DNA from: Myxococcota bacterium
GTDB taxonomy: Bacteria; Myxococcota; XYA12-FULL-58-9; JALHOP01
Direction: 5' to 3'
Assembly: GCA_041288095.1 (NCBI GenBank)
Contig: JBGGMJ010000111.1
Span: 1-32,395, forward strand
Length of the DNA: 32,395 bases
Below, one piece after another: positions 9,513-18,063 of this stretch; position 1 is the first letter of the stretch; every line of letters starts with the position of its first letter. Made by a program: the position numbers and the translations under genes. The notes under the pieces were generated by a model. That model was not told the origin of the DNA. It was given only the letters and a program-made list of their open reading frames with translations, and ran no database searches.

Positions 9513-10055
9513 TTACGGCAAGAACCGCGACAATGCAGACCATTTCGCCGAGCGACCGGCCTTGATGTTCAGCACCGCCGTGAGCGCGATGATGGCCGCG
9601 CCGGCAATGATGTTGATCCGGCCCAGGTGGCCGCTCGCCTTCAGCGCGGTGTCATTCGGCTCGCGATTCCCAACGGCCTTTTCGGCGGTGGAAACGCGTG
9701 GCTCGTTTTGGCCCCCGAGGAAGCCCAAGCCGATGGCACCAAGGCCGCTCGCGACATAGCTCGCGACCATGACGTCTTTGGCGAGCACCAGCCGGCGGGT
9801 CGTCGAATCGATCTCGCTGCCCGAGATCATCGTACGTCCCGTCAGCCAGGTGAGGCCGACGATGGCGATCCCCGCCGCATGCGCGGGGCTGAAATTCCGC
9901 CACGCCCGGTGGAGAAGCTCGCCACGCTCTTTCGTGTTGCCGACGGCTTTCATCGCAGGATGAAAAGCCATCTGACCGAAGAGCGCCCCGCCGAAACCAG
10001 CCGCTACGCCGAGATCGTGAAGCGTCAGGGCGGTCCCTGTCAGCGCCGTGTTCAT
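9513..10055 (-). CDS. hypothetical membrane protein (180 aa)
   Basis: ATG at 10055 with AAAGGGGGA RBS; about four hydrophobic segments (LHDLGVAAGFGGALFG...). Confidence 0.8.
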   Translation of the reverse strand: MNTALTGTALTLHDLGVAAGFGGALFGQMAFHPAMKAVGNTKERGELLHRAWRNFSPAHAAGIAIVGLTWLTGRTMISGSEIDSTTRRLVLAKDVMVASYVASGLGAIGLGFLGGQNEPRVSTAEKAVGNREPNDTALKASGHLGRINIIAGAAIIALTAVLNIKAGRSAKWSALSRFLP

Positions 10056-10103
10056 GTATCCCCCTTTGTTGCGCCGCGGTCGCGCGACGCGGACGACAAA
10101 GGG

Positions 10104-10120
10104 TGCAACACGCGTGCCGG
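10104..10120 (-). promoter_or_regulatory. sigma54 (-24/-12) promoter
   Basis: CCGGCACGCGTGTTGCA gives GG-N10-GC, close to TGGCACG-N4-TTGCW, 48 nt upstream of the 10055 ATG. Confidence 0.7.
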
Positions 10121-10200
10121 AAGACACACCAGCGCCCAGCGGGCCACTGCCCGTCCTGGACGCTGAAACACTTTCTCGGGCCCACCACACGAGGCAGGCC

Positions 10201-10237
10201 GCTAGAGCACGTCCGCTACAGCGGACAGGGCACTAGC
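10201..10237 (-). terminator. possible hairpin after the SWIB gene
   Basis: GTCCGCT-AC-AGCGGAC inverted repeat with outer GCTAG/CTAGC arms; no U-tract. Confidence 0.3.
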
Positions 10238-10544
10238 TCAAGTGCTTGCTGATGAGCTTGGTCATCTCGAACATCGACACCTGAGCCTTCTTGAAGATCG
10301 GCTTCAGCTTGGCGTCGGCGTTGATCATGGTCTTCTTCGCCGCGTCCTGGAGCTTGTTCTTCTTGATGTAAGCCCAGAGCTTCTTGGTCACTTCGGTGCG
10401 CGGCACCGCCGTGTTGCCGATCACTGCGGAGAGCAGGTCGCTCGGAGTCACCGGCTTCATGAAAGCGCTGTTCGCTTTCTTCCCGCCGGCCTTCTTCTTC
10501 GGAGCAGCCTTCGCCTTCTTCGCAGCTTTTTTCTTGGTTGCCAT
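10233..10544 (-). CDS. SWIB/MDM2 domain protein with Lys/Ala-rich N-terminal tail
   Basis: NSAFMKPVTPS..L..VIG....PRTEVTKKLWAYIKKNKLQD...INADAKLKPIF...VSMFEMTKLISKHL. Confidence 0.95.
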   Translation of the reverse strand: MATKKKAAKKAKAAPKKKAGGKKANSAFMKPVTPSDLLSAVIGNTAVPRTEVTKKLWAYIKKNKLQDAAKKTMINADAKLKPIFKKAQVSMFEMTKLISKHLS

Positions 10545-10770
10545 GGCGCGCTTTTACAACAAGGTCTGAGGCGCATGCCACAAGAGATCGCGCGATTCGT
10601 ACACGCGCGTACCGACATCTGATGCTTCGAGTGACGGGGCGAGGGCGGCCGGCCGGCGCTCATCTCCTACGAACCGAAGGCCCGTGAAGAGAACGCCGAC
10701 CGGCTGAACAACCCAAAATTTTGTGAGGGACGCGCCGCGTTGCACGGCGCACCCTAGGAACTGCACTATC

Positions 10771-12240
10771 TCAAGCGATCTTCTGACCCGACTTGGCGAC
10801 GCCGGCGCGCACCGCGGTAGCCGAGAGGCTCCCCGCCGCTTTCCAAACCGCCTTCGCCGGACCCCAGTTGCCTTCGCTATCCTGGGCCCGCACGTAAACC
10901 AGCTCCGCCGACTTCGCGAGCGGCGAGGTCTTGAGGCCTTCGGCGACGAACGTACCGTCGTTGCCGGTGAGCTTCTTGCCTGAGCCGGGCTTGGCGAACG
11001 GGCTCGACACGACTTCGACCGCCGCAGCGGACTTGCCGGTTAGGGCGTCCTTGGCGATCGCCGTGAGCTTACCGTTGGCGCTCATGCGCACGCTTTCGAT
11101 CTCGGGACCCGCCGACAGCTTGCGCCAGTCGGGCGAGATCGCGGCCGCGTACTGCAGGACCGGGAAGTTCTTCTTGTAGGTCTCCTCGAACTGCGCGTCC
11201 GTCTGGTGGAACGCGCGGCCGGTCTCGACCACGAAGCTCGGGATCTTCCAGCGCTCGTACGGGAGCTGGCTGGTGCCGCTCGTCGGGTAGAGCTCGATCG
11301 AAGCTTGCGGCGTGTAGCCGTTGAAGCTCGCCATCTTCTTACCGACGCGGATGAAGTGTTCCTGATCCGGCGTCGTGTTACGGCGGTCGTCCTCCGGCGG
11401 ATACAGCACGAGCTCGGAGTACGAGTGCCAGTCCATGAAGAACGCGGGCTTGGTCGTCTCGGTGTGCGCGACGATGGCCTTGTTCTCGAGCTCGCTGCCG
11501 GCCGACGGGCCACGGTAGGTGTCGCTCGAGGGCGAGCTGCTGGCACCGGCTGTGCCCCAGTTCTTCTCGGGCCAGTTACGGTTCAGGTCGGTGCCCGCGC
11601 CGTTGTTGCCCGAGGTGTTCTTGCGCTTCATCAAGTCGCCGCCACCGGTGTAGCCGCGCTCGACGACGGCGTGGCCGTCGGGGTTCATCATCGGCACGAG
11701 GTCGATGATGTGGTTGTCGAGGAGGGCGGTCGCCTCGGCGTCCTTGCCGTAGTTCTCGAGGGCCCACGCCGCGTAGCGCATGAGCACTTCGGGGTTTGCG
11801 ATCTCGCGGGCGTGCTGACCGGCGATGTGCAGAACGCGGGTCTTCTGGCCCTCGGTCGGCTGCTTCGGGCTGGTGAGCGCCATCGAGATGATGTCGCGGT
11901 CCGCTTTACCGGTCGACTTCTCGAAGGTGTCGCCGATGTCGGTCACCTTGACGAACTCGGGATACTTCTTCGCGAGCTCGAAAATGGCGGCCTTCACCTG
12001 CTCGTAGGTGCGGAAGTACTTGGGCGCCTCGCGAGCCGCCTCGGCGCCTTCTTTGCCGTGCAGAGCCTCGCGGCCCATCTTCAAGCGGCGCTCGATGACC
12101 TCGGGACGCAGACCAGGCAGCTGTGGGGCGCTCTGCATCTGAGTGCCCTTGGCCGCTTTGGCGGTCTGGGCGGGGGCTTGGGCCGGGGATTGGGCGCCGA
12201 GCGAACGTACGCCGGCCTTCGAAGCCTTGATCGTAGCCAT
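10771..12240 (-). CDS. M14 zinc carboxypeptidase (carboxypeptidase T-like), no Sec signal
   Basis: HARE, NPDG, RKN, GTDLNRNW, YRGPSAGSE, DWHSY and a catalytic Glu candidate in VVETG. ATG 12240 has an AGGAG RBS. Confidence 0.9.
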   Translation of the reverse strand: MATIKASKAGVRSLGAQSPAQAPAQTAKAAKGTQMQSAPQLPGLRPEVIERRLKMGREALHGKEGAEAAREAPKYFRTYEQVKAAIFELAKKYPEFVKVTDIGDTFEKSTGKADRDIISMALTSPKQPTEGQKTRVLHIAGQHAREIANPEVLMRYAAWALENYGKDAEATALLDNHIIDLVPMMNPDGHAVVERGYTGGGDLMKRKNTSGNNGAGTDLNRNWPEKNWGTAGASSSPSSDTYRGPSAGSELENKAIVAHTETTKPAFFMDWHSYSELVLYPPEDDRRNTTPDQEHFIRVGKKMASFNGYTPQASIELYPTSGTSQLPYERWKIPSFVVETGRAFHQTDAQFEETYKKNFPVLQYAAAISPDWRKLSAGPEIESVRMSANGKLTAIAKDALTGKSAAAVEVVSSPFAKPGSGKKLTGNDGTFVAEGLKTSPLAKSAELVYVRAQDSEGNWGPAKAVWKAAGSLSATAVRAGVAKSGQKIA

Positions 12241-12309
12241 CGAACTAACTCCTGGATGTGTTGGGGCAACCGGCCTGCGAGGAACCGCGGCGGTTTTGGG
12301 GACGTCCAC

Positions 12310-12337
12310 TAATCGGCAAGTGCATGCCCAGTGTTGC
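12310..12337 (-). promoter_or_regulatory. sigma28/FliA-like promoter of the M14 peptidase gene
   Basis: GCAAC-N15-GCCGATTA on the minus strand. Confidence 0.65.
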
Positions 12338-12399
12338 GCCTGGATCGCGTGTGATCCGCCTCTCCGACACCGCTTCAGGCATGGCACCCCCGGGGTGAC

Positions 12400-12426
12400 G
12401 CAACCCGCCGGAAACGGACTCGATAA
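12400..12426 (+). promoter_or_regulatory. sigma28/FliA-like promoter of the scramblase-like gene
   Basis: GCAAC-N14-CTCGATAA. Confidence 0.55.
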
Positions 12427-12462
12427 CGAGCGTCTCGGGCCAAACCTTTAGAGGGGCATCAC

Positions 12463-13419
12463 GTGTCCAACAACGACGTCGCAATCTCCCGCCTGGCACA
12501 AGCCGGCACCCCCCAATTCACGGCCCTCGAAGCGCTCGACCAAAGCGGCGACGGCAATAACGCCATCAGCGTCGAGGAAATCCAGCGCCTGTCGTGCTCG
12601 GCGCCCCCCGCGGGGCTCACCTCGGCCCAGGTGCGCGCGCTACAAACCACGTTCGTCAACGTCGTTGATCCGGGCGTCGGCGCCGGTGTCCGCTTGAACG
12701 GATGCGCGCCCAGCCGCGTGTTGCCGCGGTCCGGCGAAATTCGCGAGAGCAACGGCACCGCGGTCCGCAAATACCTGGGCGTCGGCGCGGCCTTCCCCAA
12801 CCTCTACGTCACCGACACCAGCGGTAACGACCTGAACACCATGTCGCGTCGCTGGGCGAGCAACGGCGCCCGCGACTTCTTCCAGAACGTCTTCGGCGTC
12901 ACCCTGACCCTGCGCGAGGGCTCGGACACCAGCAATCCGAACGCGGTCATCGCCGAGGCGCACCCACGCATCATCGACACCAAGAGCTTCACCAACAACT
13001 TCCGCACGAACATCGACATTCTCGATGGCAGCGGCCAGCGCATCGGCACCATCCGCCAGACCTGGGAGAGCGTCGGCGGCTCCATCCTCCAGAACATGGT
13101 GCTCGGCCGCAGCATCTGGACGACCTACGAGATCCTCGACGCCAACGAGCAAGTCCTCGCCCGGTCCGCCAAGACGGAGTTCTTCGGTGCCCGTATGAAC
13201 GTCATCGGCAACGACGGCCAACCCGCCGCCGACCTGCAACGCAACTTCCTGCAGTCGTTGGTACGCGACCGCTGGCACTTCGTCGCCAACGACGGCCAGC
13301 AGATCGACCGGCGCGTGCTCGCGTTCATGGCCGCCTACAAGACCATGGCGGACATCCAGCGCACCGACGCGGCGGCGCGCTCGTTCTGGGGCGAGGTCAT
13401 CAAGCAGCTCGCCGATTAA
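12463..13419 (+). CDS. LURP-one/phospholipid scramblase (Tubby-C-like) domain protein with N-terminal EF-hand-like segment
   Basis: Repeated beta-hairpins IDILDGSGQRIGTIRQ, YEILDANEQVLAR and MNVIGNDGQPAADLQR, closing helix IDRRVLAFMAAY; GTG start with GAGGGG RBS. Confidence 0.7.
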   Translation: MSNNDVAISRLAQAGTPQFTALEALDQSGDGNNAISVEEIQRLSCSAPPAGLTSAQVRALQTTFVNVVDPGVGAGVRLNGCAPSRVLPRSGEIRESNGTAVRKYLGVGAAFPNLYVTDTSGNDLNTMSRRWASNGARDFFQNVFGVTLTLREGSDTSNPNAVIAEAHPRIIDTKSFTNNFRTNIDILDGSGQRIGTIRQTWESVGGSILQNMVLGRSIWTTYEILDANEQVLARSAKTEFFGARMNVIGNDGQPAADLQRNFLQSLVRDRWHFVANDGQQIDRRVLAFMAAYKTMADIQRTDAAARSFWGEVIKQLAD

Positions 13420-13461
13420 CGAAAGTTGCGGCGTTGACGAGGGGCGGCCTACCATCGCGGC

Positions 13462-13926
13462 ATGAAGACAATCACCCCCCTGGTCATTGCTCTGGCGTTC
13501 GCTGCTTGTGGTGACAGCGACGACGACAACACGCCGCTGATCTCCGGTAGTGTTACCGGTACCTACGGTGACGACACGTTCACCCTCCGCAATGGTGTGC
13601 TCGGTAAGACCAGCGGTGGCTCCGACGTCGTCATTCTCGGGACCGACGCCATGACCTGTGCGAGTCCGAAGGCACCGGCGCCTCCGGAGGGCAACTTCGC
13701 CTCGATCGCCGTCGGGGTGCTCGCCGTCGGCACCTACGGTGGCGTCCTGGTGCAGGTGTACGAGAACCACGACGACTTCAGCGGCGCCGGCTCCTCGACC
13801 GGCACCTTTACGATCGACGACCTCACCGACACCACGATGAGTGCCAGCGTGAGCTTTTCCGCGACGGTCGACGGCAAGGCGCTGGCCCTGAACGGCGACT
13901 TCGAAGTCGAGCGCTGCGCGAACTAG
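13462..13926 (+). CDS. hypothetical lipoprotein
   Basis: Lipobox LAFAAC followed by GDSDDD; beta-rich body ending in LNGDFEVERC. Confidence 0.85.
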   Translation: MKTITPLVIALAFAACGDSDDDNTPLISGSVTGTYGDDTFTLRNGVLGKTSGGSDVVILGTDAMTCASPKAPAPPEGNFASIAVGVLAVGTYGGVLVQVYENHDDFSGAGSSTGTFTIDDLTDTTMSASVSFSATVDGKALALNGDFEVERCAN

Positions 13927-13944
13927 CGAGCGCTTGCTCCGGCT

Positions 13945-14487
13945 CTACTGGAGCTGGCACTCGGCGCGCACGGTGTCGCGCATGAAGAACGAGGCCAAGT
14001 GCGCCCCGTGACTCTTCATCTCCGCGAAAGCGTACCTAGTGTGACCCTTCTCGTCGAGCTCCAGCTTGAGCTCCGCGGTCGAGCCGTAAAAGCCACTGCT
14101 CCACTCCACCGTGAGCATCTTGCCGCCCCGCTTCGTCGTCGCGACGTAGTGCTCGACGCGTTTCGTGTCCTGCGGTGGGTAGGCATGGCCAAAACGCCGC
14201 GCGACCAGGTCGCGGCCATCGCGCGTGAACTCGAGGATCAGAACCCCGCTTTGCTCGGGCGTCCCGATATTCTCCGAGAGGCTCAGGGTCGAGACGCCGT
14301 CCTGGGTCGCATACGACACCTGGCACTTCCCGTCCTTGGAGAGCTTCGACATCACTGACAGGTGCGGATCGTTCGCGACGCGCGCGTACTCTGCCCCGAA
14401 CGTGAAGCCCTTGAGACGAAAGAGCTCGGGCGTGCCGGTATCGGGAGCGGTGAGCAGGGTAACGGCGAGGAGCATGAGCGTCGGCAT
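13945..14487 (-). CDS. hypothetical secreted protein
   Basis: MPTLMLLAVTLLTAP signal-like start; start is uncertain (14475-14517). Confidence 0.7.
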   Translation of the reverse strand: MPTLMLLAVTLLTAPDTGTPELFRLKGFTFGAEYARVANDPHLSVMSKLSKDGKCQVSYATQDGVSTLSLSENIGTPEQSGVLILEFTRDGRDLVARRFGHAYPPQDTKRVEHYVATTKRGGKMLTVEWSSGFYGSTAELKLELDEKGHTRYAFAEMKSHGAHLASFFMRDTVRAECQLQ

Positions 14488-14521
14488 TGTCGGTGGCATG
14501 GTAGCCCGCCCGACCATGGAC

Positions 14522-14549
14522 GCAACATGCGCGCGGCGCGTGCCGATAT
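14522..14549 (+). promoter_or_regulatory. sigma28/FliA-like promoter of the S8 protease gene
   Basis: GCAAC-N15-GCCGATAT. Confidence 0.65.
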
Positions 14550-14609
14550 GGGACGCGTCTCGGGACCCTTCCTTCCCTCGAGGCTCAACTCCAACAGTTG
14601 GCCTTTCTC

Positions 14610-15998
14610 ATGAGCGAGCTCACCGTTCGTGCCGTCACTGGTACGCTTCTCCCGCCTTCTCCGGCGCCAACTCCGGCCGTAGACACCCCCGCGCTCGCCG
14701 TCCGCTCTAGCGACAGCATCGACGAGAACCCGCGCGATTACATCGTGTTTGGCGACGTCGCGAAGCTCACGCTGCGCGCGCCGACCATGCACGGGATGCA
14801 GTTCCGTGGCGGCCTCTCCGGCAGCGAGCCTTGGAGCACGGCCCGCATGACCGCCGCCGAGGCGGCCGAGCTCGTCGCGCAGGGCTTTCAGGTCCACGAA
14901 GACCGGCCCACGGCCGTTGCGAAAACCACCCCGGCAACCGGTCCAGTCAGCGATGCGTTGGCGAACATTCACCAGGCGCAGGATCTGAACGCCCTCGGGC
15001 CCGAGTGGCAGGGCGAAGGCGGCTTGTTCATCAGCCTCGACAGCGGCGTGGCGCCCCATCGTGACCTGCCGCCTATCGAGCGCTTCGACAACGTCTTCAC
15101 CGAGTCTCCGGAAGATCCGCCCGCCGATCCCACACATCACGGCACGCACACGACCGGCTCCGCCATTGGTCGCGGCGATCCCGCACAGGGTGGTGTTCGC
15201 GGCGCGGCACCCCGCGCGCGCCTCATGGCGGTCCAGGTGCTCGACGACACCGGCCGGGGCACCGAGTCGTCGACGCTGCGCGGTCTCGAGCGCGCCATCG
15301 AGTGGGCTCGGCAACACGACGGCTTCGTGGTCATCAACGTCTCGCTCAGCGGCTCCGCGATGGTTCACCGCGACCGCGATCCGCTGGTGCAGCTCATCGA
15401 GCGGGCGACGCGCGAGCACGGCATCTTGTTCTCGATCGCGGCCGGCAACGAAGGCCCGTTCCCCGGCTACCTTGGTCGACTCGGGCTCGCTCCGAGCGCC
15501 ATCACCGTCGCCGCCATGGATCACAACGGCACCGTCGACACGACGGACGACCGCATCGCCGTCTTCTCGTCGCGCGGCAACGGCTGGGAGAACAAACCGA
15601 ACATCGCGGCACGCGGCATGGCCGTGCGCTCGACCATCCCCGGTGACGCCTATAGCGCGCTCAACGGCACCTCGATGGGCGCCGGCCTCAACGGCGGTGG
15701 CGTGCTCGCGCTCGGGCAGGGCTTGCTCGCGATGTACCGGCGCGGCGAGCTCCGCGAAGATCCACGCGATCTGGTGCGCCGCAACGAGTTCCAACGCATC
15801 GTCGCCGAAGCATCGTTCGACAACCCACGTATCGCGAGCGACCGCGAAGGCTCGGGCGATCTGCGTTTGATGAATGCGCGCGAGATGTTCTTGCAGCGCT
15901 TCGCGACCGCGAACACCCAAGGGCCGGCCCCCTATTTCCCGCGCCACCGCATGCCGCCCGCGGCGCTGCCGGCCGCCGGTTACCAACCACCGTTCTGA
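14610..15998 (+). CDS. S8 subtilisin-family serine protease, no Sec signal
   Basis: Catalytic triad motifs SLDSG, HGTHTTG and GTSMG; oxyanion AAGNEG; FSSRG, KPNIAARG. Confidence 0.9.
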   Translation: MSELTVRAVTGTLLPPSPAPTPAVDTPALAVRSSDSIDENPRDYIVFGDVAKLTLRAPTMHGMQFRGGLSGSEPWSTARMTAAEAAELVAQGFQVHEDRPTAVAKTTPATGPVSDALANIHQAQDLNALGPEWQGEGGLFISLDSGVAPHRDLPPIERFDNVFTESPEDPPADPTHHGTHTTGSAIGRGDPAQGGVRGAAPRARLMAVQVLDDTGRGTESSTLRGLERAIEWARQHDGFVVINVSLSGSAMVHRDRDPLVQLIERATREHGILFSIAAGNEGPFPGYLGRLGLAPSAITVAAMDHNGTVDTTDDRIAVFSSRGNGWENKPNIAARGMAVRSTIPGDAYSALNGTSMGAGLNGGGVLALGQGLLAMYRRGELREDPRDLVRRNEFQRIVAEASFDNPRIASDREGSGDLRLMNAREMFLQRFATANTQGPAPYFPRHRMPPAALPAAGYQPPF

Positions 15999-16015
15999 GT
16001 CTGTTGGGAGCTCCT

Positions 16016-16426
16016 ATGTGCAAGGCAATCCTTCGTCTCTTCTCCAATCCGACCATCACATGGGACCAACGCCGTGAGATGGCGCGAGCGCTGGCCAAGC
16101 CGGAGGCGCCGTCGCAGTGGCCGAAGTCCATCGGCGAATGGCAGCAGCGCACCGAGAAGTTGATCGCGCGCGGCCTCGACACGACACCGCGCGATCTCAT
16201 CGAAGACTTTCGCGAGCTCAGCATCGTCGAAGCAGGCGCTCAAGCCGCCTGGGGCTTCACCGAAGAACGCTATCGCGACATGTTGATCGGCGGCGGCGAC
16301 AACCCCGCCCTGGTGTCAGCGCGTGCCGCGTTGGGCGAAGCTGGTATCTTGAAGGTAGCCGCGAACGCTGCGCTGCGCGTCCTCTTGGACCGCGCCATGA
16401 AAGAGAACTGCGGCGAAGGAAAGTAG
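16016..16426 (+). CDS. hypothetical helical protein (136 aa)
   Basis: GGGAG RBS before ATG 16016; its stop overlaps the next start (TAGTG). Confidence 0.65.
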   Translation: MCKAILRLFSNPTITWDQRREMARALAKPEAPSQWPKSIGEWQQRTEKLIARGLDTTPRDLIEDFRELSIVEAGAQAAWGFTEERYRDMLIGGGDNPALVSARAALGEAGILKVAANAALRVLLDRAMKENCGEGK

Positions 16427-18018
16427 TGCGGTCGATCTCGGTGCTTGCAGTCGTGATCCTCGCGGGCGTCGCCTGCAAGAGCAGCGATCCGCCGTCAGAC
16501 GAGCAGCCGACGGACGAGCAGCCCGCGGACGAAGATATCACCGAGTGCGACCCCTGCGGTGACGCATACGAGCTGACCGCGCGCTTCACCCGCGGCGCCT
16601 CGAGCCAGCTCAGCCCGATCGTGGTGCATGCGCGGCTCACCAACCACGGCATCGGTGTCGCCGGCGCGACGCTCACGCTCGAATCCTCGCGCGGCACGGT
16701 TGGCGCCGTCAGCGACGGTGGCGGCGGTGACTATACGGCGACTATTACCCCGGCGGGTACCGGTGAGTACGCGATAACGGTGTCATTCGCGGAGCTCACG
16801 GTGCGTCGCGTCGCCCTCGTGCTCGAGCACGTGAGCGACACCTGGGACCAGCCGATGGTGGTCGACGGCCTGGTGAATACCGCCGGCTATGAAGATGGCG
16901 CCAACGTCACTTCGGACGGTGCTTATCTGTTCGTGCATTACGGCCCGATCTACTTCAGCGGGCTCATCCTCGCGTCGTTCCCACGCGCGAGCGGCGGTTG
17001 CGGCGGTCTGCGGCTCGATCCCGATCGCTGCACGCATCCGTGGATCGATACGACCATTGGCCCATTCGCCGCGCCCGAGCGGCCCGGCTTCTTCGTCGGC
17101 CGCATCGATACGGCGACCGGTGCTTTGCGCCACAACTCCAATCTCTACGGTCTCGGTGACGACGAGGCGCCCATCGTCGCGGCGGTCACCATGTTCTATG
17201 GCTTTCACCGGCAGCCGGACGGCAGCTACGCCGAGCCCTTCTACGTCGCCTTCGACGATGCGCAAGACGCCATCGCCAATCCCTTCGGACTGCACGTCGT
17301 TCCGCCCAATATCGCGGTCTTCGCGCAGCAGGATACGCAGACGCGCGGGGTCGATGTGTTCACGACACCACTGACGCTCGGCCAGAACACAATCCTCGGC
17401 ACCTACACACCCGGGAGCCCGCCCCAGCGCGGGACGCCATTCGCGTCGACACGCCTCGCCTTCGGCGACACCGGTACGGAGGGAACCTTCGGCACGCAGG
17501 GCAATCCCATGATGGCGACCGATTCCACCGGCGCGGTCTGGGCGGTGTTCACCGACGACGAGTTCGACTCGGGCAACGAAGAGCCGCTCGACGATGACGA
17601 TGCCGACGGTATCAGCGCCTTCGTCCACACCGGCGCCGCCTTTCCAGACGGCACCTGGACCAAGGTGATCTTGCCCAGCGTCGTCAACGACCCGAGCGCC
17701 GCGGAGAACCAGCCCTTCCTCGACAGCGACGGCTACTTTTACTTCCGTCGCGACAACAGCCTCATGCGTAACCGCTTCGACGGCGCCAGGAATGCGGTTG
17801 CTTTAGCGGACGCGGCGTCGTGGACCGTGCCCAGCGTCGAGCTCGCGCCCGCTCCGACCAGCAACGTCGGCGACATCCTCGCGGTGGGTGAGCCTTCGGT
17901 CGCCGTCATCGACGGCAAACGCGTGCTGTTCTTCGTCTACGGTCGCATCCGCGCCGTCGGCGATCCATCGGGCTTTCCCGACCTCGACATGCAGATCGGT
18001 ATGGTCGAGCAGCGCTAA
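16426..18018 (+). CDS. lipoprotein with invasin/Big_1-like Ig domain and a probable beta-propeller-like region
   Basis: GTG start, lipobox LAGVAC, GTVGAVSDGGGGDYTATIT (Ig-like), VNTAGYEDGANVTSDG and VNDPSAAENQPFL (PD40-like repeats). Confidence 0.75.
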   Translation: MRSISVLAVVILAGVACKSSDPPSDEQPTDEQPADEDITECDPCGDAYELTARFTRGASSQLSPIVVHARLTNHGIGVAGATLTLESSRGTVGAVSDGGGGDYTATITPAGTGEYAITVSFAELTVRRVALVLEHVSDTWDQPMVVDGLVNTAGYEDGANVTSDGAYLFVHYGPIYFSGLILASFPRASGGCGGLRLDPDRCTHPWIDTTIGPFAAPERPGFFVGRIDTATGALRHNSNLYGLGDDEAPIVAAVTMFYGFHRQPDGSYAEPFYVAFDDAQDAIANPFGLHVVPPNIAVFAQQDTQTRGVDVFTTPLTLGQNTILGTYTPGSPPQRGTPFASTRLAFGDTGTEGTFGTQGNPMMATDSTGAVWAVFTDDEFDSGNEEPLDDDDADGISAFVHTGAAFPDGTWTKVILPSVVNDPSAAENQPFLDSDGYFYFRRDNSLMRNRFDGARNAVALADAASWTVPSVELAPAPTSNVGDILAVGEPSVAVIDGKRVLFFVYGRIRAVGDPSGFPDLDMQIGMVEQR

Positions 18019-18063
18019 CCGCTCTTGCCAATCCGTCGTTCTCCTTTCAAGGTCACCGCCATC

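Noticed and set aside
10545..10770. ncRNA in the 226-bp intergenic gap
   Set aside because: Only short GC hairpins (for example GCGCCG-N7-CGGCGC) and no family I recognise; an Infernal/Rfam search would be needed.
13411..13418. GCCGATTA upstream of the lipoprotein gene at 13462
   Set aside because: It is the Ala-Asp-stop end of the preceding CDS and lacks the -35. It shows the -10 alone can occur by chance.
14352..15986. Long alternative-frame ORFs (also 20556-22229 -, 28838-30538 +, 27593-28807 +, 3169-4302 +, 6361-7572 +)
   Set aside because: They are shadows of well-supported genes, expected in high-GC DNA, and carry no recognisable motifs.
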